64,000 nucleotides of DNA from NCBI RefSeq assembly GCF_018977255.1, contig NW_024704743.1, forward strand, positions 17,486,001 through 17,550,000, in the 5' to 3' direction. The stretch is from Callorhinchus milii (taxonomy: Eukaryota). The stretch's first letter is position 1. Each line of letters opens with the position of its first letter. This document shows, one piece after another, positions 24,983-40,659 of this stretch. The notes below the pieces were generated by a model. It searched no databases. It worked only from the letters and a program-made list of their open reading frames with translations, and was not told the DNA's origin. Position numbers and translations under genes: made by a program.

Positions 24983-26556
24983 ATTAAATGAAATTTGCAG
25001 AGTCCTGGGAGCAGGGCATCTCCCCATCCTCTTACTGGGGAGTAATCAATCAATGTGAATCTGCACCGAATACTCTCCCAGGACTAGGTGGGCAGGATGC
25101 TTTCCTCCAGGGAGAGTGTGGATTCCATTCCAGATGCGGGGAAAATTCAATGCATAAATGACATACATATGTGGAACTCTTTTTGCTTTGGGTATTCCTG
25201 ATTGGGGATAATAATTCCAAAATTGGTACTTTTGATTACATGCGATTACTTGTGTGGAGATGTGCGAGAGAAAGCCTGACTGTGGTGTCAGACCAAGTGC
25301 TTGTTTGAAAATTGAGGCTTTATTGGTGAAGGTGTTAAAGCAGTTCAGTCGAACAAAAGTGGACTTTGTGTTTGTCTAACGTGTTTAAAGGAAATATTTT
25401 CTGAAAAATTGCAGTTAATAATAATTAATAATCATAATAATGGTCTAACAAATCATGGAATTTAAGCCAATATACAGATCTTTTCATGTGTACCTGTTGC
25501 ATATGTTACAAAAATTCCAATTACAAAAGTTACTGAAGTTTGTTTTCGATCAGCTAGATGTTTGACACATGCACATACCCATTGCTATGCTTAAGAGTCA
25601 TTGAGAGTTCCACATATGTACAAAACCATGTATAAACAGTGATCATGTATATTTTTGAAGATTATCCATACAGTAAATCAGTGTTGACAAATGCATTACT
25701 GTATCCCAAAAGGGAAACAACTGAGATGTGAAACATTAAGGAATATAACAACAATAATAATGTAATTAGTATATATAATATGGTTTTATTGCTTAATAGG
25801 ATTGCAATTTTATATACATAATATATCTATTATATATAACTTGGCTTCTTTATATTTGAAAAATGGCTCGAGTGTGTTAAGGCTATAATACAAATGTGAT
25901 AGTCTCAGAATTTTATGTAAATAATCCGTTCATTTGACATAGTGCCTTAATACGGCATCAAACCACTTCACAGGTTTTGGGCCACCTTTCAACATCAATG
26001 AATGTGAATCTGCACCTAATACTCTCCAGAATTAGGTGGCAGAGTCTTTCCTCCAGGGAGAGTGTGTATTCGATTCCAGACACCGGGAAATTATTGATTC
26101 ACTGTAAAGTGCAGTGACTGTGTATTTCTAGTTGCAATCTGACATCCTCATATCCTGTGAATTCTAATAGCTTGTTGTAGTGTTTAAGATTCTGACTGTC
26201 CTGACAATATGTGGTTTGCTCCTGATGCAACCCCAGACTGCAAATAAGCACAGATCCAGACACGAGTTGCAAAATTAAATGGTGCCAGTGGAAAAAGTGA
26301 AACTGATCAGTAAAACAGGAAAGAATAATCGAACCAAAATGTCAAAAGAGCAATTTAGACATATAATAGCTGTCTTGGATTTAGGTTTTAGACTGTAATA
26401 CAATCCTGAGTTTCCGATTAGTGTATAAACTGATCTTTGGTTTTGTGGTTTGTAGCATCCTTTGAGTTGACTGTGTTGTAACTATAACTACTCCAAGCAA
26501 GCTGCTGTTCTACTTCGTTGGATCTACACTTCCCACGAAACACCAGAATTCATCTT

Positions 26557-26860
26557 AATCCTTGCATTTGATATAGCGCTTTTCACGTCAGGAGGAAGTC
26601 CCAAAGCGCTTCACAGAACACACTGTAAAGTGAATTGACTGTATATTTGTGGGCGAACGCGGCAGCCAATTGCGCACAGCAATGTCCCACAAACAGTCGT
26701 AGATTGAAGATGACCAATTTATTATTGTTTTGTTTTGGAGGGATTATTATTAGGCTCTGTGTGGAGTAAGGAAACTTGCCCAAGGTTTCGCCCTGCCTGG
26801 AATTGAACTCAGGTCTCTCACTTGCAAAGCGAGTGCTCTAACCACTGAGCTACAGGACTT
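26557..26860 (-). mobile_element. Young SINE, short subfamily
   Basis: Near-identical reverse complement of 8109-8440. Confidence 0.92.
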
Positions 26861-27354
26861 CATCAAAAGTCTGTTTTATGCTAACATTTAATGGTTTGTT
26901 CAACAAACCCAGAGGAGCACAAAGGCAAAATCTAAGATCCAAATAATACAAGTGTACAGTTTTTGACCTTTGGCATTCTCAATGTACAGATGTGTAGAGA
27001 GAAATGAAAGGAAAGGTGTAATGCGCTCTCTGGAGTAAAGCATATACACAGTAACTACACTTTACAGAAATCTCGGTTTAACATCTCATTTTAAGGATTG
27101 CACCTTTGACAATGCAGCACCCTTACTGCACTGGAGTGTCAACATGAACTAGGACCTCAAAGGCTGGAACTCACAGCCTCCTCTCCCGTAGGTGATAGTG
27201 CTACCAACTGAGCCAAGCCTCCTTGATGGCATTTTTCCTTTCCCTAGTTTCAGATGATTAAATCTCCCACCTCCTTGGGTGTAATATTGTGCTTGCTTTA
27301 ATTGCATAACAAAAAAATCTTTTCATCAAATAGCTTGGCGAATAAAACAAGTCA

Positions 27355-27590
27355 ACTCTGTAGTTGGTCGATTGGTGGATTGCTTTTCCAGGGTTAATGA
27401 TTCTTAAACAAAATTGATCACTTCTATCCACAACCATTTGTGGGGACACTGCTGCGCGCAATTGGCTGTCGCGATTCGCCCACAAAATATACAGTCAATT
27501 CACTTTACAGTATATTCTGTGAAGCGCTTTGAGTTGTCAAGAAGACATGATAAGGCGCTATATCGAATGCAAGGATTATTGTTATTAATA
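27355..27590 (+). mobile_element. SINE, long subfamily, 5'-truncated
   Basis: Body and tail homology. Confidence 0.85.
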
Positions 27591-30014
27591 TTGTGTAAGG
27601 GAACAGGAATCTCACATTAGGAATTTACTAAAGCTGTACATTGTGCTAACTGTACCTATCTTTTTTTATTATACATCATAAATGACCAAGAACACACTAA
27701 AGTGAATTTGATGATGTAAGATGTTCATTTTCCCCATTTATCTGAAAAGGCCTTTCGATATCCCTCCTTCCTCCCCGACCCCCAGCTCGGGTCCGAAACT
27801 CTGTCTGTCCAGCACCTTAGGACGTCCGCCCGACGTGAAAGGCGCTACACAAATGTATTTTTGTTGTTGTTGGTAGCTCTTTCTGAGAGGATTTAAAAAG
27901 TATTTAAATTACTTTTTCTTGACATTTTGTTTGTGCGTGCAGTGAGTGTTGAGATGCAGTCGAAAGAGTGGTGGAGTGCTCTTTAGAGGGTATATGTGGG
28001 TCAGGGGAGGAGGAGGAATGGGAGAGGGGCAGGAATGGGGAGAATGGTGGGTGTAGGTTTGATTTCTAATCCTTTTCTGAATAGTTGCTTATTTTAATGG
28101 AGACCAGGTTTGACCTGAATGCAAAATTGGCTGCTGCATTTACATACAGTCACTACACTTAACATTACAATCCTGTAAGACTTCTTGATGATGTGATAAG
28201 ACCCTTTACCAAATGTAAAAGTAATTATTATTTATTACTGTTATAGTTTCTGACCACTCCTTTCACTCGTGTTTGTGGAAGGTCAATACAGTGCATCAAA
28301 TCACCACCGTGGCGGAACTAACAAAGTCAGTCAGTCAATCCACTGAAGGCCGGCGGTAACTCCAGCAGCATGGATAAGAATTGTGGTCAGAGTTGTTACA
28401 ACCTCAGGAAATGCTGACAAAAACAAACTCTCTATTGATGAGCTTCTCAGTCTCCAGAGTCAGCAGCTGTAAAACAGATAAAGTAAAAGATCGGATGATA
28501 CTGAGTCTCGGTGGATTAACGCTGCCCCTAGATAATAATAATAAGCCTTGCATTTGAAACAGCGCCTTATCATGTCCTCAAGACATTTCAAAGCGCTTCA
28601 CAGAATATACTGCGAAGTGTAGTGACTGTATTTTGTAGGCGAAAATGTGATTAATGTGTTAACTCATGTTTTGACATGTTACATGTTTTGACACAGTGAT
28701 TCATCACAGCCATTTCTCTCCGCCCCCCACCCCCATGATGTGATTAACATTCAGCATTTAGACTAGAATGCAGCCGAGAAATCACTCAAGAAACAGAATA
28801 AGATAAAGGTGTTTAATCGTGTTTCTTCTAATTAAACTTAAAAAATGTTACTAATCAGTGATATAAGATCAGATTTATAAGATTATTATAATAATCTTTG
28901 CATTTGATACAGTACCATTCTTGTCTAGAAGACGTTTCAAAGCACTTCACAGTGTTTTACTGAAAAGTGTAATGATTGTGTAAGCAAAGGTGGTAACACT
29001 CAATTTGCACACAGCAGTGTCCCACAAATGGCCATAAAGTCTTGCCAAAATTTCGGCCCCTGCTGAGGTTCATAACCTCAGGAAGAACCAGGAATCGACC
29101 CTGCAACCTTTACTACTGCGAACTTGGCCATAGGAAAGGGAAATAAAGAGATGATATGAAAGCAATTATGGAATAATTAACTCTTTTGTCACATGGGTGC
29201 CTACTTTCTCATTTGGCTCTTACATTCGGGCAGCTGGTAATATAACTAACATATTTATATTAAATGGAGGATATTGCTTTGGCAGGATTTTATTATACTG
29301 TAATTGGATTTAGTTTATTCAAAAAGACTCATAAATCACCTAGATTTGTGACACTGTGATTTCAATTATTTCACAATTATGAAATAATTAAGTCAAGTAA
29401 CACTATTGATGCAGTGACCTTTCAGTGAATCTCCACCTGTTTGCTGTTTATTGACTTGTAGATAGGAAAGGGCAGGATGCTGTGTTTATTTCAACAATAA
29501 TCCTTACAACAACGACAACAACAATTACATTTATCTAGTGTCTTTCACGTCAGGAGGATGTCCCAAGGCGCTGGACACGGTGCTTTTGTAAAGAGCTCTG
29601 GATTATTTACAGACAGCATGGAATCAGCCAACATTGATTTGCAACATTTTGTTGGTGTGAGGTGTTTCTAAGGAAACCGTGCCTTTTCTTGAGGAAATGT
29701 AATTTACAACAATATCTATGGGCCAGTGGGCGAGGATAGCACCTGGTGCAATAGTTGGCAGTAACAAAGATTGCAAGCTTGATTCCTGGTCCTTGCAGAG
29801 CAAGAGTACCTCAGATGTAATTTACAACATAAATCCCAATATCTAACTCCCTTGATCCCATCCCCACATTGCACAGATTCCCTTGTTTGCTCCCTTGCTA
29901 GCTGACCTGATCTAATTGCCTCGCAAGCGATAGACCCGGTTTTGATTCCCAGGTGGGATGAAACATTTGGCAAGTTTCCCTACTCTACACGCCTCTGTTT
30001 ATCTCGCAGTAAGA

Positions 30015-30640
30015 GTCCCCAACGATGTTCTCTTACTCTATGATGAGGGCTCCCTTTATATTCTTGTTCTCCTCGGCCTCTCTGCCACCTTCAACACTGT
30101 CGACCACTGCATCCTTCTTCATTGTCTCTCCTTCCCGCTCCTCCTACACGGTTCTGTTCCCTCCTGGTTTTCACCCGGTGTCTTCACTTCGTCTCTTCCA
30201 ACAGCTTCTCCTCCCATTCCTGCAGTCACTTGTGGCATTTTCAAGAGCTCTATCCTCAGTTCTCTTCTTTTCACAAATACAATGCTCCCCTTTGGTGACA
30301 TCATCTGTGGCATGTGGTTCACTTTCACATATCCTCCCAATGTGAAAGATGCTATACAAATGTAATTTTGTTGCTGCTGCTGTTATATGTGGGTGACACC
30401 CAACTCTATCTCTCTGCCTCTTCCCTCGATTCTAGGACCACTGCTGGTCTGACCAATTTTTCCATCAGACAGCAAGTCCTGGATAAGTTCCAACTTTCTA
30501 CAACTCAATGTCGACGAGACTGAGGCTCGTGACCCCTCTCAGATTCCCATCACCCCCATCCTCACTCGACTCCATGGGTTTCCCTCCCCTAACATATTGA
30601 ATCCCCATTTTAACTTTCAATGTGTCTATGGCCTTGCCTC
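30015..30640 (+). mobile_element. Decayed L2 RT fragment with internal L2-tail insertion
   Basis: LVLLGLSATFNTVDHCILLH and YVGDTQLYLS peptides; inserted tail at about 30325-30385. Confidence 0.8.
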
Positions 30641-30644
30641 ACTA

Positions 30645-30966
30645 TAATAATAATAATAATCCTTGCATTTTGATATAGCGCTTTTCACGTCGGGAGGACG
30701 TCCCAAAGCGCTTCACAGAACACACTGTAAAGTGAATTGACTGTATATTTGTGGGCGAACTCGGCAGCCAATTGCGCACAGCAATGTCCCACAAACAGTC
30801 GTAGATTGAAAATGACCAATTTATTATTGTTTTTTTTGGTTTTGGAGGGATTATTATTAGGCGTGTGGAGTAAGGAAACTTGCCCAAGGTTTCGCCCTGC
30901 CTGGAATTGAACTCAGGTCTCTCACTTGCAAAGCGAGTGCTCTAACCACTGAGCTACAGGACTCCA
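30645..30966 (-). mobile_element. Young SINE, short subfamily
   Basis: Near-identical to 26557-26860 and 47812-48126. Confidence 0.92.
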
Positions 30967-31605
30967 CAACTCCACTACTTCTATTTGTGGGACAATATTG
31001 TGCGCAATTGGCTCCCAAATTCGCCCACGAAACATAATAATCAATTCACTTTACAGTATATTCTATGAAGTGCTTTGAGACATCTAGAAGACGTGATAAG
31101 GTGCTAAATCAAATGCAAGGATTATTATCTTTTCCACTGCAATTTTTGGCCACCTTCCTCTCTCTCCTCAGCTGCTCTGCTCCCCACCGCCCCAGCATGA
31201 GCTTCTAGACAACTATGTGAAGCACTAGCACTTTTGAGATGTCCTTCTAACTTGAAAGACGCAAAATAATTGTAAATTATAATGACCGTATTACAGTGTT
31301 TACCTGTCTGGGCTTTCCTTGTTCACTTATAAATGATCTTCCTTTCTTTCTGCCAGATCCCCAATTTCAGCAGATTACGCCAAGCTGAAGTTGCTGATAT
31401 ATATCAAATCAAATTATTGTTATTATTCATTACTCAACTTTGACAGTTTGGATGATGATTGCTCACAAGCCATCAAAATTAGTTAACATTGCTTGGGTTT
31501 GACTCACTGCTGAGTACTACAGTATCCAATTAGAAAGAAAGCTTTAATAACTCATTGCAGCTGACGTTAAGAGTTAGCCACTACAGGATTACTTGCGAGT
31601 TGTAA

Positions 31606-31782
<177 letters not shown>

Positions 31783-32374
31783 TAAGGAGCCCAACCATGC
31801 GAGTGTGTCTAGATCCCATTTTGGAAAGCAGCGATAGTGAGGCCTTCTCTTTTGATGCTGCATTTTACTGGGAAAATGCTGATTCTGCTCACTCAGCAGC
31901 ATCCAGCCATCTGTCAGGTTTTACTTTATTGTTATGTAAACAGTGGGTTACACTTATCTGACATTTAAAGGCCAAACATTACTAATTATATGCGACATTT
32001 AAATACTAGGTGAGCTGACGAGGAAGAAGGCGGAAGAAATTTCAGGTGTTATATTGTTAAGTAGCAAAAGCGGGTCATTCTGAAGGATGGAGCTGTGCGT
32101 AAATTCTTCTAATTAATCTGAAATCATCAGTTTTAAGAGAGAGTAAAACCAGCACAAATTATTTTTGACATTTTCTGCTGCATTGATTCATAGCTACATT
32201 TGCAATTGCAATTCGTACATTTGTAATCCAAAACTGTTTTCATATATCTGTATAAATTCAATGTGTGTATGTGTACACTTGGGAAGGCAGGGACTTCCTT
32301 ATTAATATGCTTAAAGACCCAACCTTTAAATGCTGAATAATTTATTATTATTATGTTTTTTTTGCTATTTTTAA

Positions 32375-33719
<1,345 letters not shown>

Positions 33720-35419
33720 ATCTACATTTGTAAAAGTTTTTGTATTTTTGTTAGCTCTACTTGTAGGTGTCGTTACAGGTCTCCCCAATGGATCAACAAG
33801 TTTTGATAGCGAGTTGATTCAAAGGGAATGCAAATGCCTAATTTTAGTGCTTCTGATGGGATGGCACTAGCAGCCCGAGCAACAACAAATTACATTTGTA
33901 AAGTGCCTTTCACGTCGGGAGGACATACCAAGGCACTGGACACTCAGCGCAACCTGAATTAGGGAGTGTTTCCACTTCAGAGAGCTGTTCTGTGATTTCC
34001 TGCTGATGTTGATTAAAACATCTGATTAACAATGGAGTGGAACTACGCTGTGATGCTGTCTGCCTTGGCCCCTCCACCCCCATGATCTTCCACTTCTCAG
34101 TGATTGAACGACTTGCTGATACTCGCTGTGAAAGCTCACTGATCAATAATTGTCTAGTCAATAATTGTTTTGGGGCAAGCTTCTGGAGGATGACCATATC
34201 CCAGCAGAAGGAAAAGAGAATCAATCACGTTGTGTTCAGTTGAGGAACAGAAAAATTAACACAATTTTAAAAAAAAAATCAATTGCTCCTTGTTGACAAG
34301 TGTTTTTTACATTGCTTTATTTGATTAATATATAATAATAATAATGTTTCCCAGAGTGCTAGCTTTCATTATCCTGTGTTCAAATATTTTGGGTGTTTGG
34401 TATGCGGCCAGTGAATTTGAGTCACCAAACCCATACCTAATAGTCTAGTAGATTATTCTATTTAGTAACTGGTCATCTTAGTACCAGATCCTAACCCCCA
34501 GCTCGAGTCGAAATCCCTGACTGTCCAGTGCTTTGGGACATCCTCCTGATGTGAAAGGCGCTATACACATGTAATTTGTTGTTATAGTTATTGTTGGTGG
34601 TCATTTTTAAAGAAACATTTTGATCAACAACACTTTTTTCCCCTCCAGTTGCGTTTTCCCTATTTTCTTTGTCCCTCTCAGTAACCCTCAAACTCCAAGC
34701 GTTTTGTAATCGAGAATGAATACTTCGACTTCTCCTGATGTTGTTCTGAACCATCCACTAGGAAGTGCAATTGTGAGAAATCACTGCATTTTACATTGTG
34801 TAGGAGATGATGCTGACAGTAGACTATGCTTATGAGAAGATTGTGCCTTGTTTTTAATTTGAATACATTCCACAAATGAGAAATATTGCTCTTCCCAATG
34901 TGGAGTCATATTTATCGGCCGACATCAACAAATCTTAAAATATTGATTAGAATTTTCATAGGACAGAAGAGCACACAACTCCTCACAGTCTTTATATTTT
35001 GAGACACCGGTTCAAAGGCTAAGGTTGAGCAGAATATTGAAAAATTCTTAAATTCAACCTTAATTTGGTAGCCTGGTTCCTCGAGCCTTTGTAAAAGCAA
35101 CACAAAACTGGCTTCCAAATTAAAATCAAATCTGAAGAATTTTCCAAAATTCTGCACCATCTTAAATTTTACGAGAATGCTCTTCAGGTTAATACCATAA
35201 AGAATTGTGGGCCTCTGCTATCCAAATGAAGCCCCAAAATGACTAGAATTTTTGTTTATTTTCTAATTGATCGTTAATTTGTCAATGGCATAACTGCATG
35301 CAGTCGCTTTCGATCGGCACCTTCCGAACAGCTACTTAATTGACCAGTTTTAGTGAATTAATGGCAAGACATCCTCACTCTGCCACTGCATTGCATAGTA
35401 CAGTGAACTAGTTAATATT

Positions 35420-35620
35420 GTAATAATAATAATCCACGCATTGGATGTGACGCCTTATCACGTCATTGAGACCTCTCAAAGCGCTTCACAGAATACACTG
35501 TAAAGTGGATTCACTGTAAATTTTGTGGGCGAAACGCATCAGCCAATTGTGCACATCAGTGTCTCAGAAACAGTTGTGGGTTGAGTGACCAAATTATTAT
35601 TATTTTTGGAGGGATTATTA
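35420..35620 (-). mobile_element. SINE 3' half
   Basis: Body and tail homology. Confidence 0.8.
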
Positions 35621-36427
35621 AACTATGAACTTACTTTACATTTATTATTGACCATAAGGAAATATTGACCACAAGAATCCACAAATACAATCTTTACATG
35701 AATAACAGGAAATCCAAAAAGCTTCCTCTCCATTCTCAAACTGTTTTTCTCTGTTTTATCAGGTCTACAATGGTCATTGGTAATTTGAACTTGCCTCTTG
35801 TTCCCTCCAAGCACCAAACTCGCCTTTCCTTACACTCTGTATCGTCACTGTGTTAAAAATCAAATTTTCGCCATTTGCTGGCCTACTTCATTCTTTCCCA
35901 AATCTTTAAAAATGCAGAGCATCATGTTTTGTTGGTCTTCCCTTACTCCTGCTTGACATTGTCTAACCTCTACCGTTTGATTTATTATCGCTCTGCCCTG
36001 TTCAACCTTGGTAGTGTTTTGCACTGCAAGATTCCTTTGATTAACCATTTGAGCAAGCCAACATTTTTTGCATTTGTAACACAGACTTTTTTGTAATTAC
36101 TTGGTCATGAACTACAGAATAGATAAAAGAATATATAAATATTCCTTTTTTGAATTTAGCAGATAAGTAGTCTGCACTGAGTGTAATAATTAGACTGTAA
36201 TTTTAACACAGAATTTGTGGAAAGTTTTTAATTTGAGCCTTAATTTGGAAGCCAATTTTCAAAGTTGATAAAAAAAAATTCAGGTTGAATAATTTTTTTT
36301 AAAAAACAATTCTGATTGTTCTTAAATTTTAAGACAGAATGGCCGAATAGGCAAAAACCCAGTGGGATTTTGGGCCTAATGTCTTGGAAAGCTTCTTGTA
36401 TGGTGTTGTGATTCTTTTTATTGGCAG

Positions 36428-36546
36428 GCAGAGTTTTCAAAGTCTGGAGCAGCTATCAACAGAGATCAGTCTTTCTTCAACTTCATTAGATCCATTGCAT
36501 TCTCAAAGAGATGGGGAAGGAAAGCAAGAACACTCGAAAAATGATG
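36428..36546 (+). CDS. RUNDC3B: RUNDC3B coding exon
   Basis: ggcag|...|gtaaga. QSFQSLEQLSTEISLSSTSLDPLHSQRDGEGKQEHSKNDG. 119 nt, phase 2-1. Confidence 0.92.
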
Positions 36547-37544
36547 GTAAGAAATAAAAATTAAATCCTCATCTAAATCATTGCAAAGTCATCTAACATA
36601 TTTTCTCTCTGACCCATGTGCACTTGAATTCAAAGCTTTGGATGCGAACTTTGTAAAGAACAAAAAAAAGTTGTTGTTTTAGCTCTAAATAGACAACTGT
36701 ATGTTGAAAGATGTACTGTTTGATCAATATTGAGCACTGGACAGTCTCCACAAGCCGAGTCCAAATTAAAGCTTTTATATTTATAAATGACTAGCTGTAA
36801 AACAAGCTGAACCTATTATTTTCGAAGAATTCAGCCACAAACGTTGCCCTGTTTGGCCGGCCAGGAGTTTTGAGCACACAAAAATGTGGCTGCTGAGAAC
36901 TCGCAAGACATCAGGTATTTGTTTTTCCAGCAGTTTGGGAATAGAAACAACAATAAAATTACATTTGTATAGTGCTTTTCATGTTGGGACGACCTCCCAT
37001 GGCGCTGGAAATATCTTGTGGTTGGAATGGGAGGATAAAACAAAAAATTCCCTTTTTGCCAGGGTCCAGAGTCTAAATCATTGCAAAGTCATCTCCTAAC
37101 ATATTTTCTCTCTGACTTATGTGCACTTGAATTGAAACTGGCAATAAACCAAAGCATTTGAGACCCCAAAGTATGCTCTGGAGTTCTGCTGAAATTTTAT
37201 CCAACTACAACCACAGTTAAAGTCTTCACTGCTTGTCTGGTTCAGACATTATCTTGTTGCCATTGTTTTACTGGGTTACCAAAGGACCAAATGGCAAGGA
37301 GAGGGAAACATCATCCCCTTAACTAGATAATCTGCTAAGTCTATAAGCACAGTAGTTAATGCCTAAATCAGACAGTGTACTTTCATCAGCCCTGTTGTTT
37401 TTTAACATATGTACAGAACTGATTCAATTATGTAACATTGTAGGTGTAACTTACCCATTTCACAATTAAGTTTTTTTTATTTCTTGCATTGATCAACATT
37501 ATTCACTTGAATTTTGCTCACTGATTCAGTTTGATCTTTTTTAA

Positions 37545-37694
<150 letters not shown>

Positions 37695-39290
37695 GAATGT
37701 GCAATTAGGAATCTTTTGTGTACTAGACTTAACATTCAAATCCATTGGTCAGATCCTGAGAACTAAGGTGAGACTTGACTTTAAGTCCAAATTGAGTTCT
37801 TCAAATTGAATAGAAAACCAACTGAGATGCACTTGCTTTGTGAATCCATTCTGCTTTCTGTGTCTGCGGAGGGCTTTGCCTATTTGGGCAGGATGCTTTA
37901 CTATAGTGCACTATGTATAGTCTTACATGTTTGCAAGACATCATCTATTTCAACAGGATTGGCTTATGCCAAGAAGTCCAAGAGGATGTTCAAATGTACA
38001 ATGAATTCTGTTTTCTTTAGGGAAAAATCTCTTATTTTATGAGAATTTTTAAAGTGGAAACATTCCTTGTTTGTGTTTATAGCTAAAATTGGCAATTTTC
38101 TCAGTGCTTCATTAGTTGCTCTATCAGGCCTTTGGAGAAAGTCTATGTTGTTCCTTAGAACATTCTGATTGCTTGAAGCAAAATAATTTCCTACAGAATG
38201 CAAGGAAAGATGGTGGTGGATTTCTGCTGTTCTGAATTATTTGACTACTTCATATAGGATTTAATGTTCTGACAAAGCTGAGGGATGTGACTGGGTTTGT
38301 GACTGCCTATGTGCCAAGTTTCTCTCTGTTAACGGAATCATGAATGAGAAGTGGCATATTTTCCATTAGTGATTTTTGCTGTTCATATCATCAATCTGTG
38401 TGCACCGACTGGGACTTGATCTCGCAATGTGGAATGGGCTGTCCCTATATTCCAAACAAGAACATGCACCGTTCTGTAACCGAGCCTATTCTGCACTGAT
38501 TCAAATGAAGACCTTAACTTTCATAGTGCATTTGTTAATAAAAAGGATATGGACTCAAAGCTTCCTCTCTTTGTGGAAGAAAAAGAACAAGACATTAACT
38601 TGTATCATCTCAGTAATAATTAAATGTATATTGGAAAACAAGTTTATCAAAATAATTGTAAAATATGTTAAATGAGTGCTTGTGTGCCAATTGTTTTAAA
38701 AAAAAGTACAATGATGATAAAGCTTTGAAAGACTCTTTCTATAGGTGTGGCACATCCCTGGAGCTAATGATTGTTAAATAATCAAACGGTTCTTTTCATT
38801 AACCAGGTATGAATTTTCTAAAATATAGCATTGGAGATTTGTGTCATTTTGGTCGTCTTACATGTATGTTAATTACTATGTTGATCGATATGTGGTCTAA
38901 TGTCACGGTGAATTCACACTAGTTTTACTTGGGGCTACTTTGGTTTATTCACAAGACTCCTTAACCACTTGGGGTCATAACACACATTTGGTTTACTTAA
39001 GAGCTTAATGTCTCAATTATGTGGCCCCATTTTTAACTTTTAAACATTACCACTGTGGCAGCAAGTGTTTGTTTTATGCTGTATTGAACTAGTGTTCAAT
39101 GCTTGTGCTTTGTACATATGCATGATGAAATTTTCTTCCAGCATCAACCTATGTACATCAGGTCTTAAGTAAATACCAAAATCCAATGTCAAACTTCCTT
39201 TGTGTGCGTGTGCGAGCATGTGTTTTGCTGTTCATTTTTGTCTTGATGTAAATGATTTATCATGTGAACGTCTTCAATAACTGCATGTGT

Positions 39291-39296
39291 AATAAA
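39291..39296 (+). terminator. RUNDC3B: Probable RUNDC3B polyadenylation signal (3' UTR about 1.6 kb)
   Basis: AATAAA preceded by TGT at the end of a repeat-free AT-rich stretch after the stop. A second AATAAA lies at 39364-39369. Confidence 0.55.
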
Positions 39297-40044
39297 GTGA
39301 AAAACAATAGATTCTGCAATTGAGATATTTAATTAAAAATCTTGAAGTTTCAGGTGCAACATGAATAAAGCGCGACTGACTTTATTATTACTTCAAAGTG
39401 TGATAAGTGGACTTTTTTTTAATTGGTCCCTGTCAGAAGCTGGCACTCCAGTACAGTACCGGGGAAGGACTGTGTTAATGCACTTGTGGTCATTCAGTTG
39501 AAACATGAAACAGGTCTTGTCTCTCTGTTTGGGTGGTTGTAAAAGATCCCATGACACAATTCAAAAATAGTAGTCTTAGTAATCAAAAGTACAATCTTCC
39601 AAATAAATTGGTGCGTTGACTGTCTGGAGCACCTCGGTAAAACACAAAACAATTACATTTGACAGTAATTACTGTAAAGCCTTGAAAGTCTAAGTTCCTT
39701 CTATATACAGGGTCAAGGCGTAGAGCAGAAATCTACTAAGGTTGTAAACAAGAAAATAGACATGCCCCCTAGGTCTAAATTTACTCTCATTTTCTTGGCA
39801 TTTTTAAAAATCCAATTTCTTACTCTTATTTTGAATGCAAGTTATTTTAACTACAAAAAACTGACTTCAAAGTTAAGACTGAATTCAGGGATTTTCCAAA
39901 TTCTGTACTTTGAAATGCTAGCAAACCAGTAAATCTAGACCTGGGTGGAATTTCTTTCCTGTAGAAATAAAGCAAGAACTTAAGACCCAAACTTGAGTTT
40001 CAAAAGCTTATAGATTTCACTCATTGAGTTGTTAGATAACAAAA

Positions 40045-40330
40045 CAATCCTTGCATTTGATATAGCATCTTATTACGTCTTCTAGATGTCTCAAAGCGCT
40101 TCACAGAATATACTGTATTTGACTGTTTATTTTGTGGGTGAAACATAGCCGACAATTGCACAAAGCAGTGTCCCACAAATAGTTATGAATTGAAGTGACC
40201 AATTTTCTTTTGAAGGAATTATTACACCCAGAAAAGCGATCCATCAATCGATTAACAACTGGGTTCCTGTTTACTGCTGGGTAAACAGAAGGGTGTGGAA
40301 TAAGGAAACTTGCCCAACATTTCACCCTGC
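40045..40330 (-). mobile_element. SINE, long subfamily
   Basis: Body and tail homology; lies between the two genes' 3' ends. Confidence 0.85.
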
Positions 40331-40653
40331 AACCCTGTTAAGTGTACACAGCATCGGTGGCCTACTTTATTAAAACCTATAATCCTCTCCCAAGTGCAGT
40401 CGGTTTGCAATAAGAACATAATCTTTGTTTCTCTAGTATGCATGGGAACTTGTTTTGTGTAAATTGTCCAGACACAAGAGGGAATCACATTTTGCACACT
40501 TATATTAGGACTGAAATATAACATCTAAAATATCTACAGCCCACCCGTTCTCAAATCTGAATGAGTGGCTCTTGTTAGAGGTTTAAATTTGTAATTTAAC
40601 TTGAAATTTTGCAAAACAGTTGATCAAGTAACAGCATACTATTAAAACACAAC

Positions 40654-40659
40654 TTTATT
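40654..40659 (-). terminator. SLC25A40: Candidate distal SLC25A40 polyA signal
   Basis: TTTATT on plus (AATAAA on minus), with TGTA motifs upstream on the minus strand. More proximal candidates lie near 44259 and 42652. Confidence 0.4.

Noticed and set aside
28270..28490. Strong minus-strand acceptor (tcttttactttatctgttttacag) in unique sequence
   Set aside because: All frames close quickly and no donor was found.
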